The notes beneath the pieces were generated by a model that saw only the letters and a program-made list of their open reading frames with translations, ran no database searches and was not told where the DNA came from. Below are positions 1 through 10,390 of a stretch of DNA of 64,000 nucleotides, piece after piece; position 1 is the first letter of the stretch, and every line of letters starts with the position of its first letter. The stretch is from Vicinamibacterales bacterium (GTDB taxonomy: Bacteria > Acidobacteriota > Vicinamibacteria > Vicinamibacterales > UBA8438): NCBI GenBank assembly GCA_965249175.1, contig OZ252227.1:1731762-1795761 (forward strand), read 5' to 3'. The translations under genes were made by a program, and so were the position numbers.

Positions 1-1053
1 TGTGAGGTCGCGAAACCGGACCTCGCGGGCCGGCGCGCCCGTGGCCGCGCGCGTGCCCGACGACAAATCCTCCAGACCCATGGTCGACTCGAGGCGGAGC
101 ACCGCCGCGACCGGCGCGGACGCGCCGTCGATGGCGAAGTTGAATCCGCCGAACGCGATCATCGAGGTGCCGATCGCCGTCTGGGCGAACACGACGACCT
201 CGGCGAGCGTCAGCGTGCCCGCCGCCGCGGCACTGGCGAGCGACCAGAACACGACGACGTTGGCGCTGATCACGATCAGTAGACTCCACAGGACCGGCCG
301 TTCGCGCAGACGGGTCGCCGCGTACTGAAGGTCGTGCAGCCGGGTGCGACTGGCGACGAACCTGGCGATCGTCCAGTCCGCGAGGCCGAACAGACGGAGC
401 TCCTTGCTGGCCGGTGGGTCGACGGCCAGACGGTAGGCATAGTCGGCGTCGCGCTGGGCGCTGCGGACCTCGTCGGTGTTCCGGTCGCGCCAGACCGTGC
501 TTTCCCGCAGCAGCCAGTGCGTCGCGCCCCACCCACCCGCCAGCACGATCGGCGCCCACCAGGCATACGCCGCGAGCACGACGGCAGACGACAGCCCCGC
601 GATCAGCCCGACCAGACCGCCCGCGATGAAGTCCATCGAGACGAAGAGCGGCGGGCCGGTCATGCCGAGGTCGAACTCGCGCGCCACCGTGAGGTCGCTC
701 GCGAGGGCCGGCTTCTCGAGATGTGCGATCCCGCGCGGGCGCGCGCACGCCTCGGTCAGGTGGTCGTATAGCCAGGCGGCCGTTCGGTCACCGAGGTTCG
801 CGCTCACGGCCTGGTGAATGGGCGTGAGAATCTGGAGGAGAACGAACACGACGCCGACGAGCGTCAGCGCGCCTGCCAGCCCGGCGCCGGCCTGCACGGC
901 GCCGACGAGGAGGCCCATCGCGATGGCGAAGGCGGCGGGGAGGCTGCCTCGCAGGAGGAGAACGGCCCACCACACGTAGGCGAGCGGGCCATCGGCCCGT
1001 GGCAGGACGCTGAAGAACTTCCACTCGTTTCGCGCGCGCAAACGCCGAAGCAC
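1..1053 (-). CDS. ABC transporter, fused permease/ATP-binding protein (N-terminal part; runs off the window start)
   Basis: Not in the ORF track because it has no stop in the window. Translated by hand from GTG 1053: VLRRLRARNEWKFFSVLPRADG..., with several hydrophobic helices, ending EVRFRDLT, which resembles the start of an ABC nucleotide-binding domain. In-frame TAA upstream at 1078-1080. Confidence 0.75.
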   Translation of the reverse strand, partial: MLRRLRARNEWKFFSVLPRADGPLAYVWWAVLLLRGSLPAAFAIAMGLLVGAVQAGAGLAGALTLVGVVFVLLQILTPIHQAVSANLGDRTAAWLYDHLTEACARPRGIAHLEKPALASDLTVAREFDLGMTGPPLFVSMDFIAGGLVGLIAGLSSAVVLAAYAWWAPIVLAGGWGATHWLLRESTVWRDRNTDEVRSAQRDADYAYRLAVDPPASKELRLFGLADWTIARFVASRTRLHDLQYAATRLRERPVLWSLLIVISANVVVFWSLASAAAAGTLTLAEVVVFAQTAIGTSMIAFGGFNFAIDGASAPVAAVLRLESTMGLEDLSSGTRAATGAPAREVRFRDLT

Positions 1054-1390
1054 TAGTGCACCGCCGTCGAGATCGGGTTACGGATCGGGTTCGCAGCGCG
1101 CCCAGGCGCAAGGCGCCGCGACGAAGGAATACTGGACGTATTTCGAGGAACGGCACCGCCGCGGCTGGGTGTGCTGCGGGCGCGAGGCGTGACCCGATCT
1201 CGACGGCGGTGCACTTAGTCCTCCGAGTCATCCAACCTCAGTCGTCGGGTCGGCTGGTCATTGTAGCCCCGCTCGGTCCGCCTGCTAGGCCCGCAACCGG
1301 TCATATATGCTCCGGGTCAGCATCTATCATCTATAAAACATCAGTATGTAGATCATCACTAAGAGTAATGAAACTGTAATTACTATAACC

Positions 1391-1421
1391 TTGACTGTAG
1401 GTGGACCAGGATTGATAGAAT
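1391..1421 (+). promoter_or_regulatory. Putative sigma70 promoter of the ilv operon
   Basis: TTGACT (1391-1396) and TGa-TAGAAT extended -10 (1413-1421), 19-nt spacer, downstream of an AT-rich tract and upstream of the leader peptide. Confidence 0.5.
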
Positions 1422-1454
1422 GTCTCGAGCAGGCGCGCTGGCGCCGAGGGAGTC

Positions 1455-1541
1455 ATGACATTTTTGGGCACGCGGCCTATTCGCGTCATTCTCATCAGAG
1501 TTAGCACGGTCGGCGTCATGACGCCGGCCGCAAGCGGATGA
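1455..1541 (+). CDS. ilv attenuator leader peptide, 28 aa (MTFLGTRPIRVILIRVSTVGVMTPAASG)
   Basis: SD-like GAGGGAG just upstream, cluster of Ile/Val/Leu codons, followed by antiterminator/terminator; directly upstream of ilvD. Confidence 0.8.
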   Translation: MTFLGTRPIRVILIRVSTVGVMTPAASG

Positions 1542-1575
1542 TGCACCCAACAGACAACAGTACCGAGGGACAAGG

Positions 1576-1606
1576 GCCATCATCCGACGCGGGTGATGGC
1601 TTTTTT
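1576..1606 (+). terminator. Attenuator (intrinsic) terminator
   Basis: GCCATCA-TCCG-acg-CGGG-TGATGGC hairpin followed by T6, ending 5 nt before the ilvD ATG. CGGATGATG (1535-1543) is the exact reverse complement of CATCATCCG (1578-1586), giving an antiterminator. Confidence 0.85.
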
Positions 1607-1611
1607 GCGTT

Positions 1612-3276
1612 ATGAGCAGACGACGTAGCGCCGCAATCACCGAGGGCCCGTCTCGCGCACCGGCCCGCGCCATGCTGAAGGCGGTCGGGTTTACCGACGC
1701 CGACCTCCGCCGCCCCCTTATCGGCGTGGCGAATACGTGGACCGAGATCGGCCCCTGCAACTACCACTTGCGGGAGCTGGCGGCGACAGTCAAGGACGGC
1801 ATCCGAGCGGCCGGTGGCACACCGATGGAGTTCAACACGGTGTCGATCTCGGATGGCATCACGATGGGCAGCGAGGGGATGAAGGCCTCGCTCGTCAGTC
1901 GCGAGATCGTGGCGGACTCTATAGAGCTCGTGGCGCGTGGCAACCTGTTCGACGGCTTGGTGGTGCTGGTCGGCTGCGACAAGACGATCCCCGGCGGCGT
2001 CATGGCACTGGTGCGACTCGATATCCCGGGGCTGGTCCTCTACGGCGGATCGATTGCGCCGGGGCGGTGGGAGGGACGCGACGTCACGATTCAGGACGTC
2101 TTCGAGGCGGTCGGGACCCATGCCGCGGGCAAGATGACCGACGAGCAGTTGTGCGCCCTCGAGGACGTCGCGTGCCCGGGAGCCGGTGCGTGCGGCGGGC
2201 AATTCACCGCCAACACGATGTCGACCGTCTGCGAGCTGCTCGGCGTCTCGCCCATGCACGCCAATGGGGTGCCGGCGCTCGTCGCGGAGAAAGACGCGGT
2301 CGCGCGCCAGGCGGGCGAGCTCGTGATGCGGCTGGTCGAGACCGACCTCCGGCCCCGTCAGATCGTGACCAGCGCGGCGCTCGAGAACGCCGTCGCGGCC
2401 GTGGTCTCCACGGGGGGGTCGACGAACGCGGTCCTGCACCTCCTGGCAATTGCTTGCGAGGCGCGTGTCCCGCTGGCCATCGATGACTTCGACCGGATCA
2501 GCTCGCGGGTGCCACTGCTGGCCGATCTCAAGCCGAGCGGGCGTTTCGTCGCCACCGATCTGTATCGCGCGGGTGGCATTGGCCTGGTGGCGAAGCGTCT
2601 CCACGAGGCGGGCATTCTCCAGGCGGATGCCCTCACCGTCACCGGGCGGACGATCGGTGAGGAAGCCGCCGCCGCGTCGGAAACCGCCGATCAAGAAGTG
2701 GTGCGACCGCTCGCCGACCCGATAACACCAACGGGAGGACTGGTGGTCCTCAAGGGTAATCTCGCACCGGACGGCTGCGTGGTGAAGGTCGCCGGCCATG
2801 CGCCGGCGCGGCACCGGGGGCCCGCGCGGGTTTTCGACAGCGAGGAGGCAGCGTTCGAGGCCGTTGAACAGGGACGGATCCAGGCGGGCGATGTCGTCGT
2901 GATCCGATACGAAGGTCCGCAGGGCGGTCCCGGCATGCGCGAGATGCTGGCCGTGACGGCGGCGATTGTCGGTGCCGGTCTCGGGGAGTCGGTGGCGTTG
3001 CTCACCGACGGTCGTTTCTCGGGCGCGACCCGGGGGATGATGGCCGGGCATGTCGCCCCGGAAGCTGCCACAGGTGGGCCGATCGCCATCGTTCGCGACG
3101 GCGACTCAATCGTGTTCGACGAGCAGAACCGCGTCCTCGAGATCGAGGTGAGCGACGCGGAGATCGCCTCGCGGCTCGCGGACTGGAAAACGCCGGCGCC
3201 GCGGTTCACGACCGGCGTCATGGCCAAGTACGCGCGCCTCGTCTCGTCGGCGGCGACGGGCGCCGTGACGGGGTAG
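1612..3276 (+). CDS. ilvD: Dihydroxy-acid dehydratase
   Basis: 554 aa; motifs PCN, GCDKTIPG, CPGAGACGGQFTANTM, GGSTNAVLHL, TDGRFSG. Confidence 0.97.
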   Translation: MSRRRSAAITEGPSRAPARAMLKAVGFTDADLRRPLIGVANTWTEIGPCNYHLRELAATVKDGIRAAGGTPMEFNTVSISDGITMGSEGMKASLVSREIVADSIELVARGNLFDGLVVLVGCDKTIPGGVMALVRLDIPGLVLYGGSIAPGRWEGRDVTIQDVFEAVGTHAAGKMTDEQLCALEDVACPGAGACGGQFTANTMSTVCELLGVSPMHANGVPALVAEKDAVARQAGELVMRLVETDLRPRQIVTSAALENAVAAVVSTGGSTNAVLHLLAIACEARVPLAIDDFDRISSRVPLLADLKPSGRFVATDLYRAGGIGLVAKRLHEAGILQADALTVTGRTIGEEAAAASETADQEVVRPLADPITPTGGLVVLKGNLAPDGCVVKVAGHAPARHRGPARVFDSEEAAFEAVEQGRIQAGDVVVIRYEGPQGGPGMREMLAVTAAIVGAGLGESVALLTDGRFSGATRGMMAGHVAPEAATGGPIAIVRDGDSIVFDEQNRVLEIEVSDAEIASRLADWKTPAPRFTTGVMAKYARLVSSAATGAVTG

Positions 3277-3302
3277 GGGACGACGACGGTAGAGCTGACA
3301 GC

Positions 3303-5024
3303 ATGTCCAACATGAGAACGGGCGCCCAGATCATCTGGGAAGCGCTGGTCCGCGAGGGCGTCACGACCGTGTTCGGTTATCCGGGCGGCGCGATCCTTCC
3401 CGCGTATGACGCGCTGCTCGACTATCCCATCCGGCACGTCCTCGTGCGCCACGAGCAGGGTGCGACGCACATGGCGGACGGCTACGCACGTGCGGGCGGC
3501 GGTGTGGGTGTCGCGGTGGCGACGTCGGGTCCCGGCGCGACCAACATGGTGACCGGCATCGCGACGGCGATGCTCGACTCGTCACCGATCCTCTGCATCA
3601 CCGGGCAGGTCGGCAGCAAGCTCATCGGGTCGGACGCGTTTCAAGAGACGGATGTGACCGGTGTCACGCTGCCGATCACCAAGCACAACTACCTGGTGAC
3701 CGAGACCGAGGAGATCGCCCCGACCATCCACGAGGCGATGTACGTGGCGCGTTCCGGGCGCCCGGGCCCGGTGCTGGTCGACATCACGAAGGACGCGCAG
3801 CAAGGATCGGCCGAGCTCGAGTTGGATCTCGGCGACGTGACGCTGCCTGGCTACCGTCCCAACCTGCGGGCATCGCAGGCCGAGTACCGGCGGGCCGCGA
3901 ACCTGATCAATCGCGCCAAGCGACCGGTGATCCTGGCCGGCCATGGCGTGCTGCTATCGGGGACCATGGGGCCGGTGCGCGAGCTGGCGGAGCGCGCCAA
4001 CATCCCGATCGCGATGACGCTGCTCGGCATCGGCGGCGTCCCGGCCCAGCATCCCCTCAACATGGGGATGATGGGGATGCACGGCGAGTCGTGGGTGAAC
4101 GCCGCCATCCAGGAAGCCGACTTGCTGCTGGCGCTCGGGATGCGGTTCGACGACCGGGTGACCGGTAACGTGAAGACGTACGCGCCGAACGCCCGCAAGA
4201 TTCACGTCGATATCGACCCCGCGGAGTTCAACAAAAACGTCGCGGTCGATGTCGCGCTCACCGGCGATCTGGCGGCCGTCCTCGACGACCTCGGGCCGCT
4301 CGTCGAGTCGGGTGACCGCGCGGCCTGGCTCGCTACCATCCACGAGATGAAGGGCGACGTCGCGGTCCGCGACATCCAGAACATGCCCGACAGCGGGCAT
4401 CTCTACGCGGCTCACGTGATCAACGACATCTGGCGGCTGACCGATGGGAAGGCGGTTGTCGTCACCGACGTCGGCCAGCACCAGATGTGGGAGGCGCAGT
4501 ACTACCACCACAGCGAGCCGCGGACGCTGATCACCTCGGGGGGGCTCGGCACGATGGGGTTCGCGCTGCCGGCCGCGATCGGCGCCAAGCTCGCGCGCCC
4601 CGACGCCGAGGTCTGGGTCGTCGCCGGCGACGGCGGGTTCCAGATGACCATGGCCGAGCTGGCGACGATTGCGCAGGAGGGCATCAAGATCAACGTCGCC
4701 ATCATCAACAACGGCTTTCTCGGGATGGTGCGGCAATGGCAGGAGTTCTTCTACGAACGACGCTACGCGGCCACGCCGCTGCTGAGCCCCGACTTTGCCA
4801 AGCTCGCCGAGTGCTTCGGCCTGGCCGGCGCGACGGTCAAAACGCGAGCGGCGGTCGGGCCGGCGGTGACCGCGGCGCGCGAGGACGAGCGGACCGTCGT
4901 CATTGATTTCCAGGTGGAGCAGGAGGACACCGTCTACCCGATGGTGCCGGCCGGCGCCGATCTGCACAAGATGATCCGGCGGCCGAGCGCGGCGCCGATC
5001 GTGGAAACCGCAGACGATGAGTGA
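3303..5024 (+). CDS. ilvB: Acetolactate synthase large subunit
   Basis: VFGYPGGAIL, RHEQGA, DVGQHQMW, SGGLGTMGF, ThDP motif GDGGFQM...NN. Confidence 0.96.
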   Translation: MSNMRTGAQIIWEALVREGVTTVFGYPGGAILPAYDALLDYPIRHVLVRHEQGATHMADGYARAGGGVGVAVATSGPGATNMVTGIATAMLDSSPILCITGQVGSKLIGSDAFQETDVTGVTLPITKHNYLVTETEEIAPTIHEAMYVARSGRPGPVLVDITKDAQQGSAELELDLGDVTLPGYRPNLRASQAEYRRAANLINRAKRPVILAGHGVLLSGTMGPVRELAERANIPIAMTLLGIGGVPAQHPLNMGMMGMHGESWVNAAIQEADLLLALGMRFDDRVTGNVKTYAPNARKIHVDIDPAEFNKNVAVDVALTGDLAAVLDDLGPLVESGDRAAWLATIHEMKGDVAVRDIQNMPDSGHLYAAHVINDIWRLTDGKAVVVTDVGQHQMWEAQYYHHSEPRTLITSGGLGTMGFALPAAIGAKLARPDAEVWVVAGDGGFQMTMAELATIAQEGIKINVAIINNGFLGMVRQWQEFFYERRYAATPLLSPDFAKLAECFGLAGATVKTRAAVGPAVTAAREDERTVVIDFQVEQEDTVYPMVPAGADLHKMIRRPSAAPIVETADDE

Positions 5025-5604
5025 GCGGACGCGGCACACCTTCGTCGTCTACGTCGAGGACAAGCCGGGCGTGCTCAACCGCGTCGCCTCGCTGTTTCGA
5101 CGGCGCGGCTTCAACATCGATTCGCTGACGGTCGGCCACGCCGAGACGCCCGAGGCCTCGCGCATGACGGTGGTCGTCGACACCGACGCGATCGGCGCGC
5201 GGCGTCTCGAGGCCAACCTGTACAAGCTGGTCAACGTGCTCCGCGTCCGCGACATCACGTCGGTGCCCGCCGTCTTTCGCGAGTTGGCCATGATCAAGGT
5301 GACCGCGACCGCGGAGACGCGGACGCACATCATGCAGCTGGTCGATGTCTTCCGGGCCCGGGTGGTCGACGTGGCGCCCGATTCCGTCGTGGTCGAGACG
5401 ACCGGAACGGAAGCCAAGATCAAGGGGCTCCTCGAGGTGTTGCGTCCGTACGGGATCGTCGAGTTGGTGCGCACGGGTCGAGTCGGGATGACTCGTGGGC
5501 CGCACAGCGTGATGGTCGATGCAGCGGAGGCGCCGAGCACCCGTGTTTCTGATGGTGACGTCGACGCGGACGGGGAGGACCCCAACGTGTCGTACTCCGT
5601 GTAG
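5017..5604 (+). CDS. ilvN: Acetolactate synthase small (regulatory) subunit
   Basis: ACT domain [25 protein letters not shown]; overlaps the end of ilvB. Confidence 0.93.
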   Translation: MSERTRHTFVVYVEDKPGVLNRVASLFRRRGFNIDSLTVGHAETPEASRMTVVVDTDAIGARRLEANLYKLVNVLRVRDITSVPAVFRELAMIKVTATAETRTHIMQLVDVFRARVVDVAPDSVVVETTGTEAKIKGLLEVLRPYGIVELVRTGRVGMTRGPHSVMVDAAEAPSTRVSDGDVDADGEDPNVSYSV

Positions 5605-5632
5605 AACAAGGAACGTAACCCAAGGACGAGGA

Positions 5633-6646
5633 ATGGCGACGATCAACTACGACGACTCGGCGGATCTCGGACTCATCCAGGCGAAGAAGGTGGCGGTGTT
5701 TGGGTATGGATCGCAGGGCCATGCGCACGCCCTCAATCTCAAGGACAGCGGCGTCGAGGTGCAAGTGGCGCTGCACGCGGGCAGTCGATCGAGGGCCAAG
5801 GCGCAAGCCGAGGGCCTGACCGTCGTGGCCGGCGGCGATGCGGCGGCGTGGGCCGACGTCGTGATGATGCTGACTCCCGACACGACGCAGGCCGGCATTT
5901 ACACGGAGCAGATCGCGCCGCACCTCAGCGCCGGCAAGATGCTGATGTTCGCCCACGGTTTCAACATCCGCTTCAAGACGATTCAGCCGCCGGCCGACGT
6001 CGATGTCACCCTCATCGCGCCGAAGGCGCCCGGGCACCGCGTGCGCGAGGTGTTCCTCGAAGGCGGCGGCACGCCGGCGCTCATCGCCGTGGAACAGGAC
6101 GCCACCGGTGGTGCCAAGGCGTTGGCCCTCTCCTACGCGAAGGCCCTCGGGCTGACGCGCGCCGGCGTCATCGAGACGACGTTCGCGGAAGAGACCGAGA
6201 CCGACCTCTTCGGCGAGCAGACCGTCCTGTGTGGCGGCGTGAGCGCCCTCGTCAAGGCCGGGTTCGAGACGCTGGTCAAGGCGGGCTACCAGCCGGAGGT
6301 GGCCTACTTCGAGTGCATGCACGAGCTGAAGCTGATCGTCGACCTCTTCTACCGCGGCGGGCTGAACTACATGCGCTACTCCGTGAGCGATACGGCGGAG
6401 CACGGCGACTACACCGGCGGTGCGCGTATCGTCACCGACGAGACGCGGGCGGCGATGCAGCAGATTCTCACCGAGATCCAGGACGGCACCTACGCGAAGA
6501 AGTGGATAGCAGAGGACGAGGCGGGCCGGCCGTGGTTCATGGCGCAGCGCAAGGCGGAGCAGGAGCACCCGATCGAGGAGGTCGGGGCGAAGCTGCGCGC
6601 GATGATGCCGTTCCTCGACGCGGTAACGCTCAAGGAGCACGTGTAG
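5633..6646 (+). CDS. ilvC: Ketol-acid reductoisomerase
   Basis: [44 protein letters not shown]. Start moved to ATG 5633 (MATINYD) after a SD. Confidence 0.97.
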   Translation: MATINYDDSADLGLIQAKKVAVFGYGSQGHAHALNLKDSGVEVQVALHAGSRSRAKAQAEGLTVVAGGDAAAWADVVMMLTPDTTQAGIYTEQIAPHLSAGKMLMFAHGFNIRFKTIQPPADVDVTLIAPKAPGHRVREVFLEGGGTPALIAVEQDATGGAKALALSYAKALGLTRAGVIETTFAEETETDLFGEQTVLCGGVSALVKAGFETLVKAGYQPEVAYFECMHELKLIVDLFYRGGLNYMRYSVSDTAEHGDYTGGARIVTDETRAAMQQILTEIQDGTYAKKWIAEDEAGRPWFMAQRKAEQEHPIEEVGAKLRAMMPFLDAVTLKEHV

Positions 6647-6647
6647 T

Positions 6648-6702
6648 CGTAGCGCAGGACTCGAACCCACACGCTCCCGTAGCGCGGGACTTCAGTCCCG
6701 CG
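6648..6702. repeat. GTAG-type REP-like repeats
   Basis: CGTAGCGCAGGACT... and CGTAGCGCGGGACTTCAGTCCCGCG hairpin between convergent genes; related copies at 41531-41580 and 47722/49200. Confidence 0.7.
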
Positions 6703-7387
6703 AACGCACCGCCGTCGTGATCCACCGGACGATCGCGTCCTGCACGACCGCATAGCCCTCGTCGGGCGTCGGGGACTTCGCACCGCGCACCTTCAGCGAG
6801 TGGTCGCCGCCCTCCACGACGTGGAGCGTCGCCTGCGAGCATCCCTCGATGACCGGTCGGAGCTCGTCCGGCGATCCGAACGCGTCGCGGCTCCCCTGCA
6901 CGAACAGCATCGGGGAGCCGATTGACGGCAGGTGCGCCGCGCGCAGCCGTTCGGGACGGCCCGGCGGGTGCAGCGGGTATCCAAGAAAGACCAGGCCCGC
7001 GACGCCCAGGTCGTCGTCGGCCGCCGCGACGGCCTGCGACGCAATCCGCCCGCCCATCGATTTGCCGCCGACGATGAGCCGGTCCGCCGCGCTCCCGACC
7101 TCGGCGCGCGTCGTCGTGATCGCCGCCGTGTAGCACGCCTCGAGCCGCGGGGCCGGGTCGGGCGCGCGGCGTCCACGTTCCATGTACAGGAAGTTGAAGG
7201 TCACCACGTCGAGCCCGCGTTCGGCGAGGCCACGCGCGAAGGCGGTCATGAACGGATGGGTCTGCGGCGCGCCCGCGCCGTGGGCCAGGATGAGCGTCGC
7301 ACCGATCGTCGTGCGTGCCGTGGCCGGGTAGGCGAGCGCCCCCACCGCGTCGCCGGACGGCAAGGCGATCGAGAAGGGGCTAGCCAT
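6692..7387 (-). CDS. Alpha/beta hydrolase family protein
   Basis: LAHGAG, nucleophile GGKSMGG, LGYPLHPPG, QGSRDAFG, GGDH. Start MASPF coupled by TAATG overlap to the upstream gene. Confidence 0.85.
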   Translation of the reverse strand: MASPFSIALPSGDAVGALAYPATARTTIGATLILAHGAGAPQTHPFMTAFARGLAERGLDVVTFNFLYMERGRRAPDPAPRLEACYTAAITTTRAEVGSAADRLIVGGKSMGGRIASQAVAAADDDLGVAGLVFLGYPLHPPGRPERLRAAHLPSIGSPMLFVQGSRDAFGSPDELRPVIEGCSQATLHVVEGGDHSLKVRGAKSPTPDEGYAVVQDAIVRWITTAVRSRD

Positions 7388-8046
7388 TACTGTCGCGCCG
7401 CGAGGAACCGTCCCGCGGCCTCCCGAAACTCGTCGGTCCATTCGTGACCGCCGTCGAAGACGAGTGAGTCAACGGGCGCCTGGGCGGTCAGGAACGACAG
7501 GTCCGCGTCCATCTTGGCGTCGGTGTACCACTCGTCGGTGCGGCCGCGCCCGACCAGGACCGGGGGCCAGTCGATCGCCTGGTCGTGCCGGAGCTCCGGT
7601 GGCAGATCACCGCCGAGCACGATGAGGCCGTGGCACTTCTTCGCGACACGCGTCGCGGCGCGATACGCCATGGCGACGCCTTGTGAGAACCCCGCATAGA
7701 CGAGGGGGTCGCGCACCTCGTACTCCGCGGTGACCTGCGCGAGGACCGCGGCGACATAGGCCAGGTTGTCGGCGATCGCCTGGTCGCGGTCCTGCCGCGT
7801 CATCCAGCTTCCGACGACGTGGTTGCGAGACGCGCTATAGAAGCGGTGGAGCGCCTGGACCGAAACCCGCAGCCAGCGCTCGCTTCCGGGTATCCCGTCG
7901 AGCTCCGCCAAGTGGCGCTCGGCGTGCTCGGCGTAGCCATGGAAGCCGACCAGCATCGGCGCCGGCCCAGTGCCGTCGGGCTGGCCGACGACATAGCGTC
8001 CATGCGTCGACGTTTCGATGAGATGGACCCGCGGCACGGTCGTCAT
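7387..8046 (-). CDS. Phospholipase/carboxylesterase-type alpha/beta hydrolase
   Basis: FHGY, GFSQG nucleophile elbow, D and H (FDGGH) triad residues. Confidence 0.85.
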   Translation of the reverse strand: MTTVPRVHLIETSTHGRYVVGQPDGTGPAPMLVGFHGYAEHAERHLAELDGIPGSERWLRVSVQALHRFYSASRNHVVGSWMTRQDRDQAIADNLAYVAAVLAQVTAEYEVRDPLVYAGFSQGVAMAYRAATRVAKKCHGLIVLGGDLPPELRHDQAIDWPPVLVGRGRTDEWYTDAKMDADLSFLTAQAPVDSLVFDGGHEWTDEFREAAGRFLAARQ

Positions 8047-8122
8047 CCCGCGCGCCTTCGTGTCGGTGGTCACGCCACGGTATTCTAAGGGGACTGGATG
8101 GCAAGGATGAAAGGAACGGCAG

Positions 8123-8617
8123 ATGCCTCGGATTGAGTTCCAGCAGCTCCCGGAAGACGCGCGTGTCTGGATCTTCTCGGCCGAGCGCCCGCTCGATCGC
8201 GACGAGCAGGCACGGGTGATGGCCGACGTCGACGCGTTCATCGACCAGTGGGGCGCACACACCGTGCCGCTGACCGCGGGGCGAGAGCTGCGTTACGACC
8301 AGTTTCTGCTCGTGGCGGTGGACCAGCGCGCGGCCGGACCATCCGGGTGCTCCGTCGACGCGCTGGTGCGGCAGATGAAGGGACTCGAAGCGGAGCTGGG
8401 GGTCGAGCTCGTCAACCACGCGCCGGTGCTCTATCGCCGTGGGCAGACGATCGAACGGGTGCCCCGTGCGGCGTTCGCCGATCTCGCGGCCACCGGCGTC
8501 GTCAGCCTGGAGACGACGGTGTTCAACAACACGCTCACCAGTCTTGGCGACGTGCGCGCAGGTCGGTGGGAAGTGGCGGCCGCGGAGTCGTGGCACGCCC
8601 AGGCGTTCTTTGCTTGA
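8123..8617 (+). CDS. Conserved hypothetical protein
   Basis: 164-aa ORF with SD and genome-like codon use (ARVWIF..., SGCSVD motif); function not assignable. Confidence 0.65.
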   Translation: MPRIEFQQLPEDARVWIFSAERPLDRDEQARVMADVDAFIDQWGAHTVPLTAGRELRYDQFLLVAVDQRAAGPSGCSVDALVRQMKGLEAELGVELVNHAPVLYRRGQTIERVPRAAFADLAATGVVSLETTVFNNTLTSLGDVRAGRWEVAAAESWHAQAFFA

Positions 8618-8631
8618 CTCCGCAGAAGGGT

Positions 8632-10257
8632 CTATCGCTTCAGGTAGCGGACCGCCGATCGGGCGCCGTCGATGGCGGCGCTCATGATGCCACCCGCGTA
8701 TCCCGCGCCTTCGCCGATCGGGTACAGGTTCTCGAACCCGTTGGCCACTGAAGTGTCGCGGTCGCGTAGGAGACGGATCGGACCCGAGCTGCGTGATTCC
8801 AGACCGACCAGTAAGCCGGCTGCAGAGCTGAAACCGGAAATCGAACGCTCGTATTGCTGGAGGGCGCGCCCGATGGCGTCCCGGGCTACGGCCGGCAACA
8901 GCGTGTCGATCCGCCCGGGGCATGTGCCAAACGTGTAACTCGAGTGCCGTGGTCTGGCCGTGAGCCGTCCGGCGAGAAAGTCGTCGGCGCACTGCGCGGG
9001 CGCCGTGTAGTCGCCCCCGCCCGCCTCGAAGAAGCGGCGCTCCAGCGTCTCCTGAAAATCCTCACCGGCGAACGGCCCGGCACCGTACTCGTCCGGCCCG
9101 AAGGTGGTGACGAGCGCGGCATTGGCCCACGGCGACGAGTGCCTGGAGTTGCTCATGCCATTGGTGCACAACAGGCCGGGCACGTTCGTGCTGGCGACGA
9201 TCTGGCCGCCGGGGCACATGCAGAACGAGTGGCTGGCCGGCGTGCCCTCGCCCGCCCTGCACACCAGGTTGTAGTACGCGGGACCGAGCGAGGCGCCTTC
9301 AGGTCCCTCGCCGTAGCGGCCGCGATCGATCAATTCCTGCGGATGCTCGATCCGCACACCGAGTTGGAACGGCTTGGCAGCAACCTGCACGCCCTGGGTG
9401 TGAAGCGCACGCACGCTGTCCCGCGCGCTGTGGCCGAGCGCCAGGAACAGCGCGTCGCACGGCATCTCGCCGGCGGACGTGCGGACCGCCCGCACCCACC
9501 GCGGGGCGCGCTCTGTGACGACCAGGCCGTCGAGCCGCGTGTTCCAATGGAACCGTACGCCGAGCGATTCCATCCGGCCTCGGAGGACGGGCAGGATCCG
9601 ATGGAGGCGGTCGGTGCCGATATGAGCCCGCGAATCGTAGAGGATCTCGGGCCCCGCGCCGCAGGCGACCAGCTCTTCGAGGCATGGGACTTCTAGCGGA
9701 TCGTCGACGCGCGTGTACAGCTTGCCGTCGGAGTAGGTGCCGGCTCCCCCCTCGCCGAACAAAAGGTTGGACTCGGCGTTCGGCTCGCGGGTGCGATGAA
9801 AGCGACCCACGTCCGCGCCGCGCTGCCCGATCGCGCCGCCGCGGTCGATCAGAGTAACGGCGATGCCGTTGGTGCCGAGGACCAGCGCGGCATAGAGACC
9901 GGCCGGGCCGGTCCCGACGACCACAACACGTTCCGCTCGACGTCCGGCCGTCGGATCCGTGACGAGGAAGCTCGCGGCCGGGGGAGCCTCGACGACACGA
10001 CCCGCCCGTACCGCGGCGTCGAAACGGGCGCCGTGGTACGCCGTGTCGACCACCATGTCCGCGTGCACGATGAAGCGCAGGCGGCGGGTCGGCCCGTGCC
10101 GGCGAGCATCCACCGACCTCCGGGCGATGCGCACGCCGCGCACACGCTCCGGCTCGATGCCGCAGGCCGTGGCGGCTCGATCGCGGAGCACGCTCTCGGG
10201 TTCGTCCAGTCCCATCTCGAGGTTGAGCACGCGCCATGTGCGCGCGGGTGGGGTCAC
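8632..10257 (-). CDS. FAD-dependent oxidoreductase (uncharacterised family)
   Basis: GTGPAGL Rossmann motif, FGEGGAGTYSDGKL, FCMCPGG, GEGAGYAGGIMSAAIDG. Confidence 0.88.
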   Translation of the reverse strand: MTPPARTWRVLNLEMGLDEPESVLRDRAATACGIEPERVRGVRIARRSVDARRHGPTRRLRFIVHADMVVDTAYHGARFDAAVRAGRVVEAPPAASFLVTDPTAGRRAERVVVVGTGPAGLYAALVLGTNGIAVTLIDRGGAIGQRGADVGRFHRTREPNAESNLLFGEGGAGTYSDGKLYTRVDDPLEVPCLEELVACGAGPEILYDSRAHIGTDRLHRILPVLRGRMESLGVRFHWNTRLDGLVVTERAPRWVRAVRTSAGEMPCDALFLALGHSARDSVRALHTQGVQVAAKPFQLGVRIEHPQELIDRGRYGEGPEGASLGPAYYNLVCRAGEGTPASHSFCMCPGGQIVASTNVPGLLCTNGMSNSRHSSPWANAALVTTFGPDEYGAGPFAGEDFQETLERRFFEAGGGDYTAPAQCADDFLAGRLTARPRHSSYTFGTCPGRIDTLLPAVARDAIGRALQQYERSISGFSSAAGLLVGLESRSSGPIRLLRDRDTSVANGFENLYPIGEGAGYAGGIMSAAIDGARSAVRYLKR

Positions 10258-10349
10258 GTGACACCGTCCGCGAAACTTGGCCGTATCCTCGTGTCAGGGC
10301 GGATCATCGAGAAGGGCCAATCGGGAGACCCGACGAACCCTAAAAGAAA

Positions 10350-10390
10350 TGGTCGGGGCGCCCGGATTTGAACGGAGGACTTCCTGCTCC
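10350..10390 (-). repeat. att site: duplicated 3' half of tRNA-Pro
   Basis: 41 bp matching 30339-30379 with one mismatch (T-arm), spanning the anticodon loop to CCA. Confidence 0.9.

Noticed and set aside
1346-1420. AT-rich tract whose -1 frame after ATG AAA reads TVITITLTVGGPG, like a thr/ilv leader
   Set aside because: The ATG at 1368 hits TAA after three codons; it needs a frameshift, overlaps the promoter hexamers, and AT-rich DNA gives Thr/Ile codons by chance.
1516-3051. 511-aa antisense ORF, and many similar long shadow ORFs (e.g. 5420-6670, 33243-34781, 49394-50974, 53411-54841)
   Set aside because: Opposite-strand or shifted frames of clear genes in high-GC DNA; Arg/Gly-rich with no motifs.
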